Shown piece after piece: positions 1-7,819 of a DNA stretch of 40,591 bases. A model generated the notes under the pieces. The model made no database searches and was not told where the DNA came from. It worked only from the letters and a program-made list of their open reading frames with translations. Numbering within the stretch: position 1 is the first letter of the stretch; every line of letters begins with the position of its first letter. A program made the translations under genes and the position numbers. This stretch comes from a virus (lineage: Duplodnaviria > Caudoviricetes), in the IMG/VR virus record IMGVR_UViG_3300042347_001356, positions 1 through 40,591 of that record. One strand, written 5' to 3'.

Positions 1-167
1 TTCCTTCGCCATTTGATATATGGCAAGAGGGGAAGAGGTTCTTTCCTTCGCCGTTCAAAGGAAAAAAAGACGCATCCGGCCAGCGGTCGGCGTCGCCGTC
101 TTTTCGTTTGTTCCTTTGATTTTGAGTTTGAAGACCTGGCCGCTTCATGCCCCGGCGTCCTTCCTCG

Positions 168-190
168 AAAATCCTTACAATAAGGATTTT
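168..190. promoter_or_regulatory. 23-bp palindrome AAAATCCTTA-N3-TAAGGATTTT, copy 1 (putative operator)
   Basis: AAAATCCTTA CAA TAAGGATTTT, further flanked by CCTTCCTC/GAGGAAGG. Confidence 0.7.
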
Positions 191-235
191 TGAGGAAGGG
201 TGAAGGGTGCGTGACCTGCCCGCTTCATGCAAATT

Positions 236-344
236 TTTAGTTCACGAAAAATCCTTACAACAAGGATTTTTCGTTGAAAACGCGTTGAAAGCGCGCCGTC
301 CGTTTTCATCGTGCAAACCCGACGGCGTTTTTAGAATATGCCAA
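236..344 (+). repeat. ~105-bp upstream/promoter module, copy 1 (contains palindrome copy 2 at 248-270)
   Basis: Near-identical to 538-643; ends in ATGCCAA of the downstream gene. Confidence 0.9.
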
Positions 345-529
345 CTCAATTTCTTGTCATCGGCAAAAACGATGACGACCGCGAAGCTGCGTTCGCTTTG
401 CTAACCCGCAAAGTCTTCTCCACCTACGAGGAAGCCAAACAACACGCCGACCAGCCCGAGCGGGCGCATCGGAATCCTCAAGTGGTCGAGTGCCACTTCC
501 CAATAATCGACGACATCCGTGTGAAGTAG
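338..529 (+). CDS. hypothetical protein (63 aa)
   Basis: ATG sits at the end of the duplicated upstream module; plausible composition. Confidence 0.7.
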   Translation: MPTQFLVIGKNDDDREAAFALLTRKVFSTYEEAKQHADQPERAHRNPQVVECHFPIIDDIRVK

Positions 530-537
530 TCGATCTG

Positions 538-643
538 TTTAGTTCACGAAAAATCCTTATTGTAAGGATTTTTTGTTGAAAACGCGTTGAAAACGCGCCG
601 TCCGTTTTCATCGTGCAACCCGACGGCTTTTTAATTATGCCAA
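538..643 (+). repeat. ~105-bp upstream/promoter module, copy 2 (contains palindrome copy 3 at 550-572)
   Basis: Near-identical to 236-344. Confidence 0.9.
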
Positions 644-1542
644 AAGCAAAAAAAGCGCCCGTCAGCGCGCCCAATATCTGGGCAATGACCTACGCAGAAG
701 GGCTTGCTCTGGAGCAAGCCGACCGCATCATCCGCTTCAAAGCGGAAACAGAAGCAGGCCAGCGTGCGTTTGCCGCCATCGGCAAGCTGTATCGCATCAT
801 CGACAAGAACCTGCCGAAAGGCAAGTTCATCAACAGCGTTCTGGGCGACGCCGGAATCAAACCCGGCACGATCAGCAACGCATCCTACGGCGCTCGCGTC
901 TTCGATCTGGTCGAAGCGGGACACCTCACCGAACCCGAGTTTGACCAGCTCACCTTCGCCGAAGTGGCGATCATCGCCCGAGTCATCACCGACAAGAGCA
1001 AGCGCAAGCTCACTCCCGAGCAGGCTGTGGAGATCGTCCGCCAAGGCGGCGACTTCCAAGCCGACCTGCAAGCGATCTACGACACCGGCCTCACCGCCGC
1101 CGAAAAGAAAGCTGTCGAGGACAAGATCAAGGCCGACAAGGAAGCCGCCGAGGCCGAGGCCAAGCTGAAAGCCGAAGAGCAAGCCAAGGAGCTTGCGGAG
1201 GCTCTCAAGCGGAAAAAAGAGTTGGAGGAGCAGCTCGCCGCACAGAATGCGAACCCACCCGCCGAGCCTGCACCGGCTCCGACGCCCGATGCCAAGGTGA
1301 CGCCTGCCGCCGAGCCTGCACCGGCTCCGGCCCCCGCCAAGGTGACGCCTGCCGCCGAGCCTGCTCCGGCTCCAGCAACTGCTCCCGAGATGCCGCCGAC
1401 GGCAACGGAACTCCTCGCCCTGTTGGACGAAATCCAAGAGGCCATGAAAGCCCTGACCGAAGAGGATCAAGGGGTGGTCGGCGCTCGCCTCTGCGAAATG
1501 GCAAGCGCCTTTGTCGAGAGCGGCAAGGCTGTCGCCAAGTAA
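637..1542 (+). CDS. hypothetical protein with coiled coil and Pro/Ala-rich repeat linker
   Basis: Long ORF, ATG at 637 equivalent to the 338 start; AKVTPAAEPAPAP repeats; followed by a terminator. Confidence 0.85.
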   Translation: MPKAKKAPVSAPNIWAMTYAEGLALEQADRIIRFKAETEAGQRAFAAIGKLYRIIDKNLPKGKFINSVLGDAGIKPGTISNASYGARVFDLVEAGHLTEPEFDQLTFAEVAIIARVITDKSKRKLTPEQAVEIVRQGGDFQADLQAIYDTGLTAAEKKAVEDKIKADKEAAEAEAKLKAEEQAKELAEALKRKKELEEQLAAQNANPPAEPAPAPTPDAKVTPAAEPAPAPAPAKVTPAAEPAPAPATAPEMPPTATELLALLDEIQEAMKALTEEDQGVVGARLCEMASAFVESGKAVAK

Positions 1543-1549
1543 TCGAGAT

Positions 1550-1588
1550 GCAGGGGGTGCGAAAGCACCCCCTGCTTTCTCTTTTTTT
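1550..1588 (+). terminator. intrinsic terminator
   Basis: GCAGGGGGTGC-GAAA-GCACCCCCTGC followed by a T-rich tract. Confidence 0.85.
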
Positions 1589-1659
1589 CACCTCCCCAGC
1601 CGTCCGCGCCGTCCGTCTGAAAAACCTGAAGGCGCGTTGACCCTTAAAACTTTCTATGC

Positions 1660-1727
1660 GGCGGCGTCCGCGCATGGCCGGAGACTGATAGACCTCCGTG
1701 GCGGTTCGACCCCGCCTGCCGCTGCCA
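1660..1727 (+). ncRNA. degenerate tRNA-like element lacking a normal D-arm
   Basis: 7-bp acceptor GGCGGCG/TGCCGCT, G+CCA end, T-arm GGCGG-TTCGACC-CCGCC, CGGAG/CTCCG stem around CTGATAG. Confidence 0.5.
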
Positions 1728-1919
1728 ATTTCAACCTGCGATGGCAACCAACCCATCGCGCCCGACCCCGACCGGGTGATGCCGTGATTGCGTGGCCACG
1801 CCTCGGCAAGAATCGGAATCTGGTGCCCGACTGCTCCACTTTGATCAAGTGGAAGGACTTTCGGGAGTCCAGCGCCGCCTACGGGCGGCGCGAATCCATT
1901 TTTTTCACCACTTTCGTTT

Positions 1920-2114
1920 ATGAACATCACCGACACCGACAGGATAAACTGGATCGAAGAAGGCCATTGCGTCATGTGCTTATCCAGCAGAGAAGGAACG
2001 AGCAAAGACACCCCCCGCTTCATATTTACAGCAGATTTTGAAAATCAAGAGTGGGGAGAGTTCCCGACCGCCCGAGAGGCTATCGACTTTGTAATCAAAA
2101 AATCCTTATCATAA
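1920..2114 (+). CDS. hypothetical protein (64 aa)
   Basis: Phage-like 'DTDRINW...TAREAID' small protein; stop lies inside the palindrome. Confidence 0.7.
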   Translation: MNITDTDRINWIEEGHCVMCLSSREGTSKDTPRFIFTADFENQEWGEFPTAREAIDFVIKKSLS

Positions 2115-2121
2115 GGATTTA
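2099..2121. promoter_or_regulatory. 23-bp palindrome, copy 4
   Basis: AAAATCCTTA TCA TAAGGATTTA. Confidence 0.7.
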
Positions 2122-2255
2122 ACGCTTTAATTTAGCGATCGCACGGGATACCCGTGCGTGGCTCGTCTAAATACCCTCGCAGGCGGAGCCTGCGCTGCGT
2201 GACCCTGGGCACGCAGATACCCAACCAACAATCCCAGGGAATCTCTTTCCGACCA

Positions 2256-2284
2256 CTCTGTGTCCTCTGTGTCCTCTGTGGTCA
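2256..2284 (+). repeat. 9-mer tandem repeat (CTCTGTGTC)n-GGT
   Basis: Related copies at 9841 (inverted), 10639, 17037 and 17705-17806 (inverted, interrupted). Confidence 0.8.
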
Positions 2285-2318
2285 ACCTAACAGCAGCAAA
2301 CCAAACAACACCAAAACC

Positions 2319-2519
2319 ATGAGCAAATCGCAATTCGTCACATCCGCCCCCGAGATCACCCCGCTGATCTCCGGCCAACCCATCGCCGCCACACGGAAGA
2401 AGTTTTCCACCGGTTCCGTGGGCTACAACCTGAACGGCAAAGTCACCCTTGCGGACGGCACCCGCCTGCAAGTCACCGGCAACGCCATCGTCATCGGCAG
2501 CAAGGACTGGAGCGAGTAA
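2319..2519 (+). CDS. small conserved hypothetical protein (FSTGSxG motif)
   Basis: ATG after A-rich leader; KKFSTGSVGYNLNGK...VIGSK resembles a small conserved beta-rich family. Confidence 0.75.
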   Translation: MSKSQFVTSAPEITPLISGQPIAATRKKFSTGSVGYNLNGKVTLADGTRLQVTGNAIVIGSKDWSE

Positions 2520-2658
2520 TGCCACGCCACCTTTCCGAAATCCTCTGGGAAGACAAGGAGCAAGCGGAATACCGCGCCGCCAAGGCGCGGTTCTTCCGAC
2601 TCCTCACCATCCTCTTAACCATCCTCGGCATCCTCGCCGTCCAAATCTTCTCTCTGCT

Positions 2659-3843
2659 ATGATCCTCAACAAAGAACTCCTCGCACAATCCCTGCGCCAC
2701 CTGCTCCGCACCACACCGCGCAAGCCCACGCTGCCGATCCTCTCCTGCGTGAAGATCGCCGCCGTCGAAGGCGCAATCCTGCTCACCACCACCGACTTGG
2801 AAAGGGAGACGACCATCTCCATACCCGCCCCGAAGCCCATCGGCCTCGCCGCAAAGCTGGCCGCGAAGCGGGCTGTGCCGCTCGTGGTGCCAGCGTCCGT
2901 GCTGGCAAACTGCGCGAAATCGGCAGATGCCGGAAGCGACATTCACATCACCGACAAAAGCGTAACCTTCCAGCTAGCTGGGAGTTGGAGCGCCGTGCCA
3001 GTGGAAGGCTACCCCGCCGAAGAGTGGCCCTCCTCGCCCACTGGGGCCGAGACACTGGTAGGAGCACGCTTTGGCTTTGGGAGCGACCGCATCAAGCGCC
3101 TCCTGCGCTGCGTCTCCACCGACGAAACCCGCTATGTGCTATGTGGCATTTACTGGGATAAAAGCGGCGACCTTGTGGCGACCGATGGCCGCCGCCTGCA
3201 TCTTGAAAATAGCGGCACGGCCTGCCCCGTGGAGAACGGCATCATCATTCCCACCGCCGCCTGCAAGCTCATCCCCGAGAATGCCAGCGTCTCCCTCATT
3301 TCCACAAGCAACGAGGAACCACCCCGCTTCATGGTCTTCACGGCACAAGAAAAAATCCTTACGATAAGGATATTATCAAAACTCTTGGAGGGCAAATATC
3401 CCAATTACAGGAATGTCATCCCCGAACCCTCCAGCAAGACGCTGCGCTTCAACAACGAGCAGGCAGCCGCCTCGCTCCGCAAGCTCGCCGCCATGGCGAA
3501 GAAAACATCCGTAAGACTCACACCATCCGACCACGCCATCACCTTCAGCGTGAAAGAATACTATGATGGCACGCCCTGCGGCTCCTTCACCCAGCCCGCC
3601 GTCATTACAGGAGCCTTGGAGAGTATCACCTTCGACACCGGCTACCTCATCACCGCCTTGGAAAACGGCGGCGACTGCATCGACTACGCGGACGGCCTCT
3701 CCCCCGGCCTCATCACTGGCATCGGCAACCGCACCCATGTCCTCATGGCCATGAGGACAACCGACTCCGCCCCCAAACCCTCCACCCCCGAACCCGACGA
3801 CGAGCCTTGCGAGGAGGAAGAAGAAGAACCCTGCGAGGCATAA
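2659..3843 (+). CDS. dnaN: DNA polymerase III beta sliding clamp homologue
   Basis: PTLPILSCV, TTDLE, STDETRYVLCG, VATDGRRL, LLEGKYPNYRNVIP, terminal VLMAMR motifs; acidic tail. Confidence 0.85.
   Translation: MILNKELLAQSLRHLLRTTPRKPTLPILSCVKIAAVEGAILLTTTDLERETTISIPAPKPIGLAAKLAAKRAVPLVVPASVLANCAKSADAGSDIHITDKSVTFQLAGSWSAVPVEGYPAEEWPSSPTGAETLVGARFGFGSDRIKRLLRCVSTDETRYVLCGIYWDKSGDLVATDGRRLHLENSGTACPVENGIIIPTAACKLIPENASVSLISTSNEEPPRFMVFTAQEKILTIRILSKLLEGKYPNYRNVIPEPSSKTLRFNNEQAAASLRKLAAMAKKTSVRLTPSDHAITFSVKEYYDGTPCGSFTQPAVITGALESITFDTGYLITALENGGDCIDYADGLSPGLITGIGNRTHVLMAMRTTDSAPKPSTPEPDDEPCEEEEEEPCEA
3352..3374. promoter_or_regulatory. 23-bp palindrome, copy 5 (inside beta-clamp CDS)
   Basis: AAAATCCTTA CGA TAAGGATATT. 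Confidence 0.65.
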
Positions 3844-3873
3844 CTTAAAACTTAATCCTTAAAACTTAAAACT
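3842..3873 (+). repeat. heptamer-repeat leader (AAACTTA)n before ATG
   Basis: AACTTAAAACTTAATCCTTAAAACTTAAAACT, 3 nt before ATG 3877. Confidence 0.8.
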
Positions 3874-3876
3874 CTT

Positions 3877-4737
3877 ATGCACACCCTCTGGCAAGCCACC
3901 ATCAAGTTTGGCCGTCCCGGCCAAAGCAAAACCGACGACGAACTCACCGAGCACCTCACCGACCACTTCCACACCGGCAAGAAGGCGCTCAAAGCCGTGA
4001 AGCAACTCTGGGGCAACAGCCTCGACGACCTCGCCTCCTGCGAGCGCAAGGCGCGCAAGTTTCACAAAAACATGACCTTCGACGGCATCGGCGACATCCG
4101 TGTGTGCGTCGAAGCCGAGCGCGAGAAATGGCTGGCAACCATGGGCGAATACGCCGCCGCCTACCGCGACCTTGCCCAAAAGTGGCTCGACAGCTACGAC
4201 ATCTGGCTGGAGCAGGAACGCTACGACAAAAACGGCGCGTTCAGACTTGAGGACTACCCCAGCCGCGAGAGCCTCGCCAGCAAGTTTCGCGTCCACTACG
4301 CCATCCTCCCCATGCCGGAGCCAAACGCCTTCGTGCGCGACGCCCTCACCGACGAACTCGGCAAGCGACTCGCCGCCGACTACGAGCAACGCCTCGCCAA
4401 CACGACCGCGCAGATTTCCCGCTCTGTCTTGGATAACCTCCTCAGCCTCATCGCAGACACCGCTGAGAGCCTTGCCAACGAAGGCCCGATCGTGGACAGC
4501 GAGAACCGCAAAGGCCCACTCGCCAAACTCCAGGAATACCTCGACCGCATCCCCGCACTCAATATCACCAACGACCCCACCATCACTGCCATCGCCGCCC
4601 AAGCCCGCACCAAGCTCGCCTACTCAGCCGAAGCCCTGCGCAAGAACCAACAGACCCGACAGCTCGCCGCCGTCCACGCAAGCAACATCGCCATGCAATT
4701 CGGCGCAACCACCCGCAAAATCGCCAAAGCCGCATGA
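3877..4737 (+). CDS. DUF3150-like protein
   Basis: Helical 286-aa ORF with DYPSRESLASKF and ALNITNDP motifs typical of this phage/ICE family; near an AAA gene. Confidence 0.6.
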   Translation: MHTLWQATIKFGRPGQSKTDDELTEHLTDHFHTGKKALKAVKQLWGNSLDDLASCERKARKFHKNMTFDGIGDIRVCVEAEREKWLATMGEYAAAYRDLAQKWLDSYDIWLEQERYDKNGAFRLEDYPSRESLASKFRVHYAILPMPEPNAFVRDALTDELGKRLAADYEQRLANTTAQISRSVLDNLLSLIADTAESLANEGPIVDSENRKGPLAKLQEYLDRIPALNITNDPTITAIAAQARTKLAYSAEALRKNQQTRQLAAVHASNIAMQFGATTRKIAKAA

Positions 4738-5036
4738 GCACCACCTCACTCCTCAAAACCGAAATAGACAGCCTCGTGATGGAGAACCAAGCCCTCCATG
4801 CCGAGATGATCGCCAACGAAAACCAAGTCGCCGAGCTGCAACGCCAGCTCCGCATTGCAGAGCAGGAACTCGCCGCCCTCCACGCCGAAGCCGCCAACCG
4901 CGTCCTGCAAATCCACATTCCCAGCGGCCCCGACCTCCAAGCCCTCGAAGCCGCCGCCGACAATATCCCGCTCACGCCCCACCAACTCAGCCGCCTCAAG
5001 ACACTCGCCAGGGAATTTCTCTTCCTATGCCTGTAA
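4734..5036 (+). CDS. hypothetical coiled-coil protein
   Basis: ATGA overlap with the upstream stop. Confidence 0.75.
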   Translation: MSTTSLLKTEIDSLVMENQALHAEMIANENQVAELQRQLRIAEQELAALHAEAANRVLQIHIPSGPDLQALEAAADNIPLTPHQLSRLKTLAREFLFLCL

Positions 5037-5257
5037 AAAACCCACTCCCCATCCCACGCAAGTTCCAAGCCTCCGTCACCTTCGACCGCGACCACCTCCT
5101 CCTCGCCAAGAAATACGGCGGCGTCCCCGTTCTCATCCCGCGAGGCCGCCGCATGGCCCTCGCCATCCGACTCCCCAACGGCGAAATCCTCCACGACTTC
5201 CGCAAGGAAATCTCCGCCCTCACCAACGCACTTACCAACAAAATCAAGGGAACATGA
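5027..5257 (+). CDS. hypothetical protein (76 aa)
   Basis: Internal ATG of ORF 4100-5257; tiles between neighbours. Confidence 0.65.
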   Translation: MPVKNPLPIPRKFQASVTFDRDHLLLAKKYGGVPVLIPRGRRMALAIRLPNGEILHDFRKEISALTNALTNKIKGT

Positions 5258-5610
5258 CAAATACCGAAAAATTCAGAATCGAACTCGAAAGGGCTTACAC
5301 CCATCTTTTCCAAAGCGATCCAGATTACGCCTATGCCGCTTCACGCAATACCCCGCAAGGTTTGGCGGAAAAAACGACATCGGCATTCATGGAGCGGGCG
5401 GCAAATAAGGACGGAAAAGGCGTCAAAATAGCCTGCAAGACCCTTGGAATTAAACACACATACAAGGGCATTTTCTCTTTCCTCTCTAATGATGACGCGA
5501 TGGAAGACTCAGCCGTAAGTGGCCAAATCGACGCTGCTTCGCTTGGGTTTAAGGCGCGCCCAATCCTTCGCCTGCTCTCGCTTAAATCACAACTCGCCGA
5601 AAATCCTTAA
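5254..5610 (+). CDS. hypothetical protein
   Basis: ATGA-coupled start MTNTEKF. Confidence 0.7.
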   Translation: MTNTEKFRIELERAYTHLFQSDPDYAYAASRNTPQGLAEKTTSAFMERAANKDGKGVKIACKTLGIKHTYKGIFSFLSNDDAMEDSAVSGQIDAASLGFKARPILRLLSLKSQLAENP

Positions 5611-5617
5611 AACTATT

Positions 5618-5998
5618 ATGCCCACCACCACCCTGCCCCGCCTATACAACCACATCAACCAATCCGGCATTACCACCGGCCCAAAAAAACTCGCCCTCAT
5701 GCAGCAAGCCTGCCGTCTTATGGAGGTGCCACTCTCCAGCGAGAATCTGGATGCCGAGGGAGATGCCATTTCCACCCTCCTGCGCGTCAAGATATTCAAT
5801 CCGTGCGGCGGCTGGACTTGGTATATCCAAGACTGGGACGGCGAAGACACCTGCTTCGGTTGGGTCGAGGGCATCGAGCCGGAGTGGGGATACTTCTCCC
5901 TCCTCGAACTCTCCGAAGTCGAAGGCCCCATCGGCATCGGCCTCGAAGTCGATGTCTATTTCACACCCTCCGAACGCAAAGCAATCGTAAACACATGA
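5618..5998 (+). CDS. DUF2958-family protein
   Basis: VKIFNPCGGWTWY...FGWVEGIEPEWGYFSLLEL...GLEVDVYF. Confidence 0.75.
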   Translation: MPTTTLPRLYNHINQSGITTGPKKLALMQQACRLMEVPLSSENLDAEGDAISTLLRVKIFNPCGGWTWYIQDWDGEDTCFGWVEGIEPEWGYFSLLELSEVEGPIGIGLEVDVYFTPSERKAIVNT

Positions 5999-6231
5999 CT
6001 CTCACCTTCCATCCCGACGCCACAGCGTCCTGCCTCCACACCGACGCCATCCCCCTGCAATCCCTCGGCCACTGCCGCACGCAGCGCGCCTCATGGATCG
6101 ACTTCAACGAGCACACCCAAGAATGGGAAGTGCGCTTTGACCCCCACGCCGACACCGCCGAATACTCCCACCCCTCCCGCCAAGCCTGCTTGGATTGGGA
6201 GCGCGAGTATTTCGACAAATCCTTATCGTAA
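5995..6231 (+). CDS. hypothetical protein of a type seen beside DUF1257/DUF2997 modules
   Basis: CLHTDAIPLQSLG...RASWIDF...WEV; ATGA-coupled. Confidence 0.7.
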   Translation: MTLTFHPDATASCLHTDAIPLQSLGHCRTQRASWIDFNEHTQEWEVRFDPHADTAEYSHPSRQACLDWEREYFDKSLS

Positions 6232-6238
6232 GGATTTT
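6216..6238. promoter_or_regulatory. 23-bp palindrome, copy 6
   Basis: CAAATCCTTA TCG TAAGGATTTT; supplies the stop codon. Confidence 0.7.
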
Positions 6239-6262
6239 AACTTAAAATCTTAAACCACCACA

Positions 6263-6397
6263 ATGAACCCTGAAACCCCACTCCGCATTGCCGCACGCGA
6301 ACTCCTCGAATGGATCGAATCCTCGCTTAAACCCGACGAGCGCCCAATGGAACTCTGCCAAGCCCTTAGCGAAGCTCTAAACCAACTTAAAACTTAA
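6263..6397 (+). CDS. small hypothetical protein (44 aa, below ORF-track cutoff)
   Basis: MNPETPLRIAARELLEWIESSLKP...QLKT read manually. Confidence 0.55.
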   Translation: MNPETPLRIAARELLEWIESSLKPDERPMELCQALSEALNQLKT

Positions 6398-6415
6398 CCC
6401 TTAAAACTTAAAACT
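6384..6415 (+). repeat. heptamer-repeat leader
   Basis: AACTTAAAACTTAACCCTTAAAACTTAAAACT before ATG 6419. Confidence 0.8.
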
Positions 6416-6418
6416 AAT

Positions 6419-6850
6419 ATGAGCCATGTAACAAACATCGACATCGAGATCAGCAACCTCACCGCGCTCGAAAGCGCCATTCAAGAAATGGGCGGCACTT
6501 TCCTGCGAGACAAGAAAAACTACGAGTGGTATGGCCGCCATGTCGGCGACTTCCCACTGCCTCCAGGCTTCACCAAGGAGATGCTCGGCAAGTGCGAGCA
6601 CGCCATCGGCCTACCCGGCACGACCTACCAGATCGGCGTTGTGCGCAATCCCGCCAAGCCCAAGACCTACACACTCCTCTACGACTTCTGGGGGCCAGGC
6701 GAGAAGCTCCGCTCCCACTTCGGCGACGGCCTCACCAAGCTCAAGCAGATGTATGGAGTCCACACCGCCACTGCCGCCGCCAAGGCCAAGGGCTACTATG
6801 TGACCCGCAAACAAGTCGGCGACACCATCAAACTCCAAATCGCTGTATGA
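6419..6850 (+). CDS. DUF1257 (Ycf35-like) protein
   Basis: MSHVTNIDIEI.NL.AL..A...MG; IGVV; LLYDFWG; LKQMY; AKGY. Confidence 0.75.
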   Translation: MSHVTNIDIEISNLTALESAIQEMGGTFLRDKKNYEWYGRHVGDFPLPPGFTKEMLGKCEHAIGLPGTTYQIGVVRNPAKPKTYTLLYDFWGPGEKLRSHFGDGLTKLKQMYGVHTATAAAKAKGYYVTRKQVGDTIKLQIAV

Positions 6851-6868
6851 ACACCAGAAGGAAAAGCC

Positions 6869-7111
6869 ATGCTATTCGAGTTTTACAACCGCAAGAACTT
6901 CCCGCACCATATCGCCGACAGCAGTTCGTGGATGATCTGCCGCAACGACGAAGGATACTGCGCCGCCATACCCCGCGACCCCGCCAGCGGTGCTCTTCCG
7001 TCCCACTTCGGCGATATGGCCCATGTCCAACGATTAGCCCAGCAAGGCTACCTCACCATGCTCAACTCCCTGAAAACTGAAAACTCCCATGCCGAAACAC
7101 TTAAAAATTAA
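6869..7111 (+). CDS. hypothetical protein
   Basis: ORF tiling in the operon. Confidence 0.6.
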   Translation: MLFEFYNRKNFPHHIADSSSWMICRNDEGYCAAIPRDPASGALPSHFGDMAHVQRLAQQGYLTMLNSLKTENSHAETLKN

Positions 7112-7129
7112 TCCTTAAAACTTAAAACT
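7099..7129 (+). repeat. heptamer-repeat leader
   Basis: ACTTAAAAATTAATCCTTAAAACTTAAAACT before ATG 7133. Confidence 0.75.
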
Positions 7130-7132
7130 CCC

Positions 7133-7423
7133 ATGCCCCAACGCACCCTTCTTCCGGGCCTCAGCCCCGAAGATCAAGACCGCATCATCCGTATGTCGGT
7201 TCACGCAGCCGCAACCTTAGCCACAGAAATACTATTATGCACAGAACCATTGAAGTCACTATTGATGCCGCAGGCGCAGTCACCATTGAAGCTACTGGCT
7301 TCCGAGGTGGAGCTTGTGAGCAGGCCACGAAAGAAATCGAAGAAGCCCTCGGCCTCAAAAAAGCGCGCAAGAAAAAGCCGGAATACTACGCCCTCGGCAC
7401 CACCACCCAAGCCCAGCGAGTAA
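7133..7423 (+). CDS. possible ORF overlapping the DUF2997 gene
   Basis: Preceded by a heptamer leader, but its 3' two-thirds overlaps 7237-7431 out of frame. Confidence 0.35.
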   Translation: MPQRTLLPGLSPEDQDRIIRMSVHAAATLATEILLCTEPLKSLLMPQAQSPLKLLASEVELVSRPRKKSKKPSASKKRARKSRNTTPSAPPPKPSE

Positions 7424-7431
7424 AGGCATGA
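7237..7431 (+). CDS. DUF2997-family protein
   Basis: IEVTIDAAGAVTIEATGFRGGACEQATKEIEEALG. Confidence 0.85.
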   Translation: MHRTIEVTIDAAGAVTIEATGFRGGACEQATKEIEEALGLKKARKKKPEYYALGTTTQAQRVKA

Positions 7432-7775
7432 CCGAGAGACAAATCAAGCTGTTCGAATACCACATCGACATTGCCCAACTCGCCTGCACAGGTGAGAACA
7501 ATGTCCTGTGGGTGCTCGATCTCACCGACCCGTTGGCATTCCAACTGGCCGAGGCGCACGAGACCACCGAGAACCTAATCGCCAATCGCGACAAACAACT
7601 CGCCGCTGGCTGCATACCGGCTCTCACGCTTGCCACACCAATCGAAACCCTCAATGCCTACCGGACTCAGGTTATGGAAAAACCCACCATACCCCCTCCA
7701 CCCGAAGGCATGATCTACATCGTGGTCTGCACCGAAGACCGCATCCTCGCCGCCGCCACAAAATCCTTACAATAA
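7428..7775 (+). CDS. hypothetical protein
   Basis: ATGA-coupled; ends in the palindrome (KSLQ*). Confidence 0.7.
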   Translation: MTERQIKLFEYHIDIAQLACTGENNVLWVLDLTDPLAFQLAEAHETTENLIANRDKQLAAGCIPALTLATPIETLNAYRTQVMEKPTIPPPPEGMIYIVVCTEDRILAAATKSLQ

Positions 7776-7782
7776 GGATTTT
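7760..7782. promoter_or_regulatory. 23-bp palindrome, copy 7
   Basis: AAAATCCTTA CAA TAAGGATTTT. Confidence 0.7.
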
Positions 7783-7784
7783 TC

Positions 7785-7817
7785 AACTTAAAACTTAATA
7801 CTTAACACTTAAAACTT
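7785..7817 (+). repeat. heptamer-repeat leader
   Basis: AACTTAAAACTTAATACTTAACACTTAAAACTT before ATG 7820. Confidence 0.8.
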
Positions 7818-7819
7818 CT

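Noticed and set aside
1258-1383. Non-coding repeat array
   Set aside because: In-frame Pro/Ala linker repeats within CDS 637-1542.
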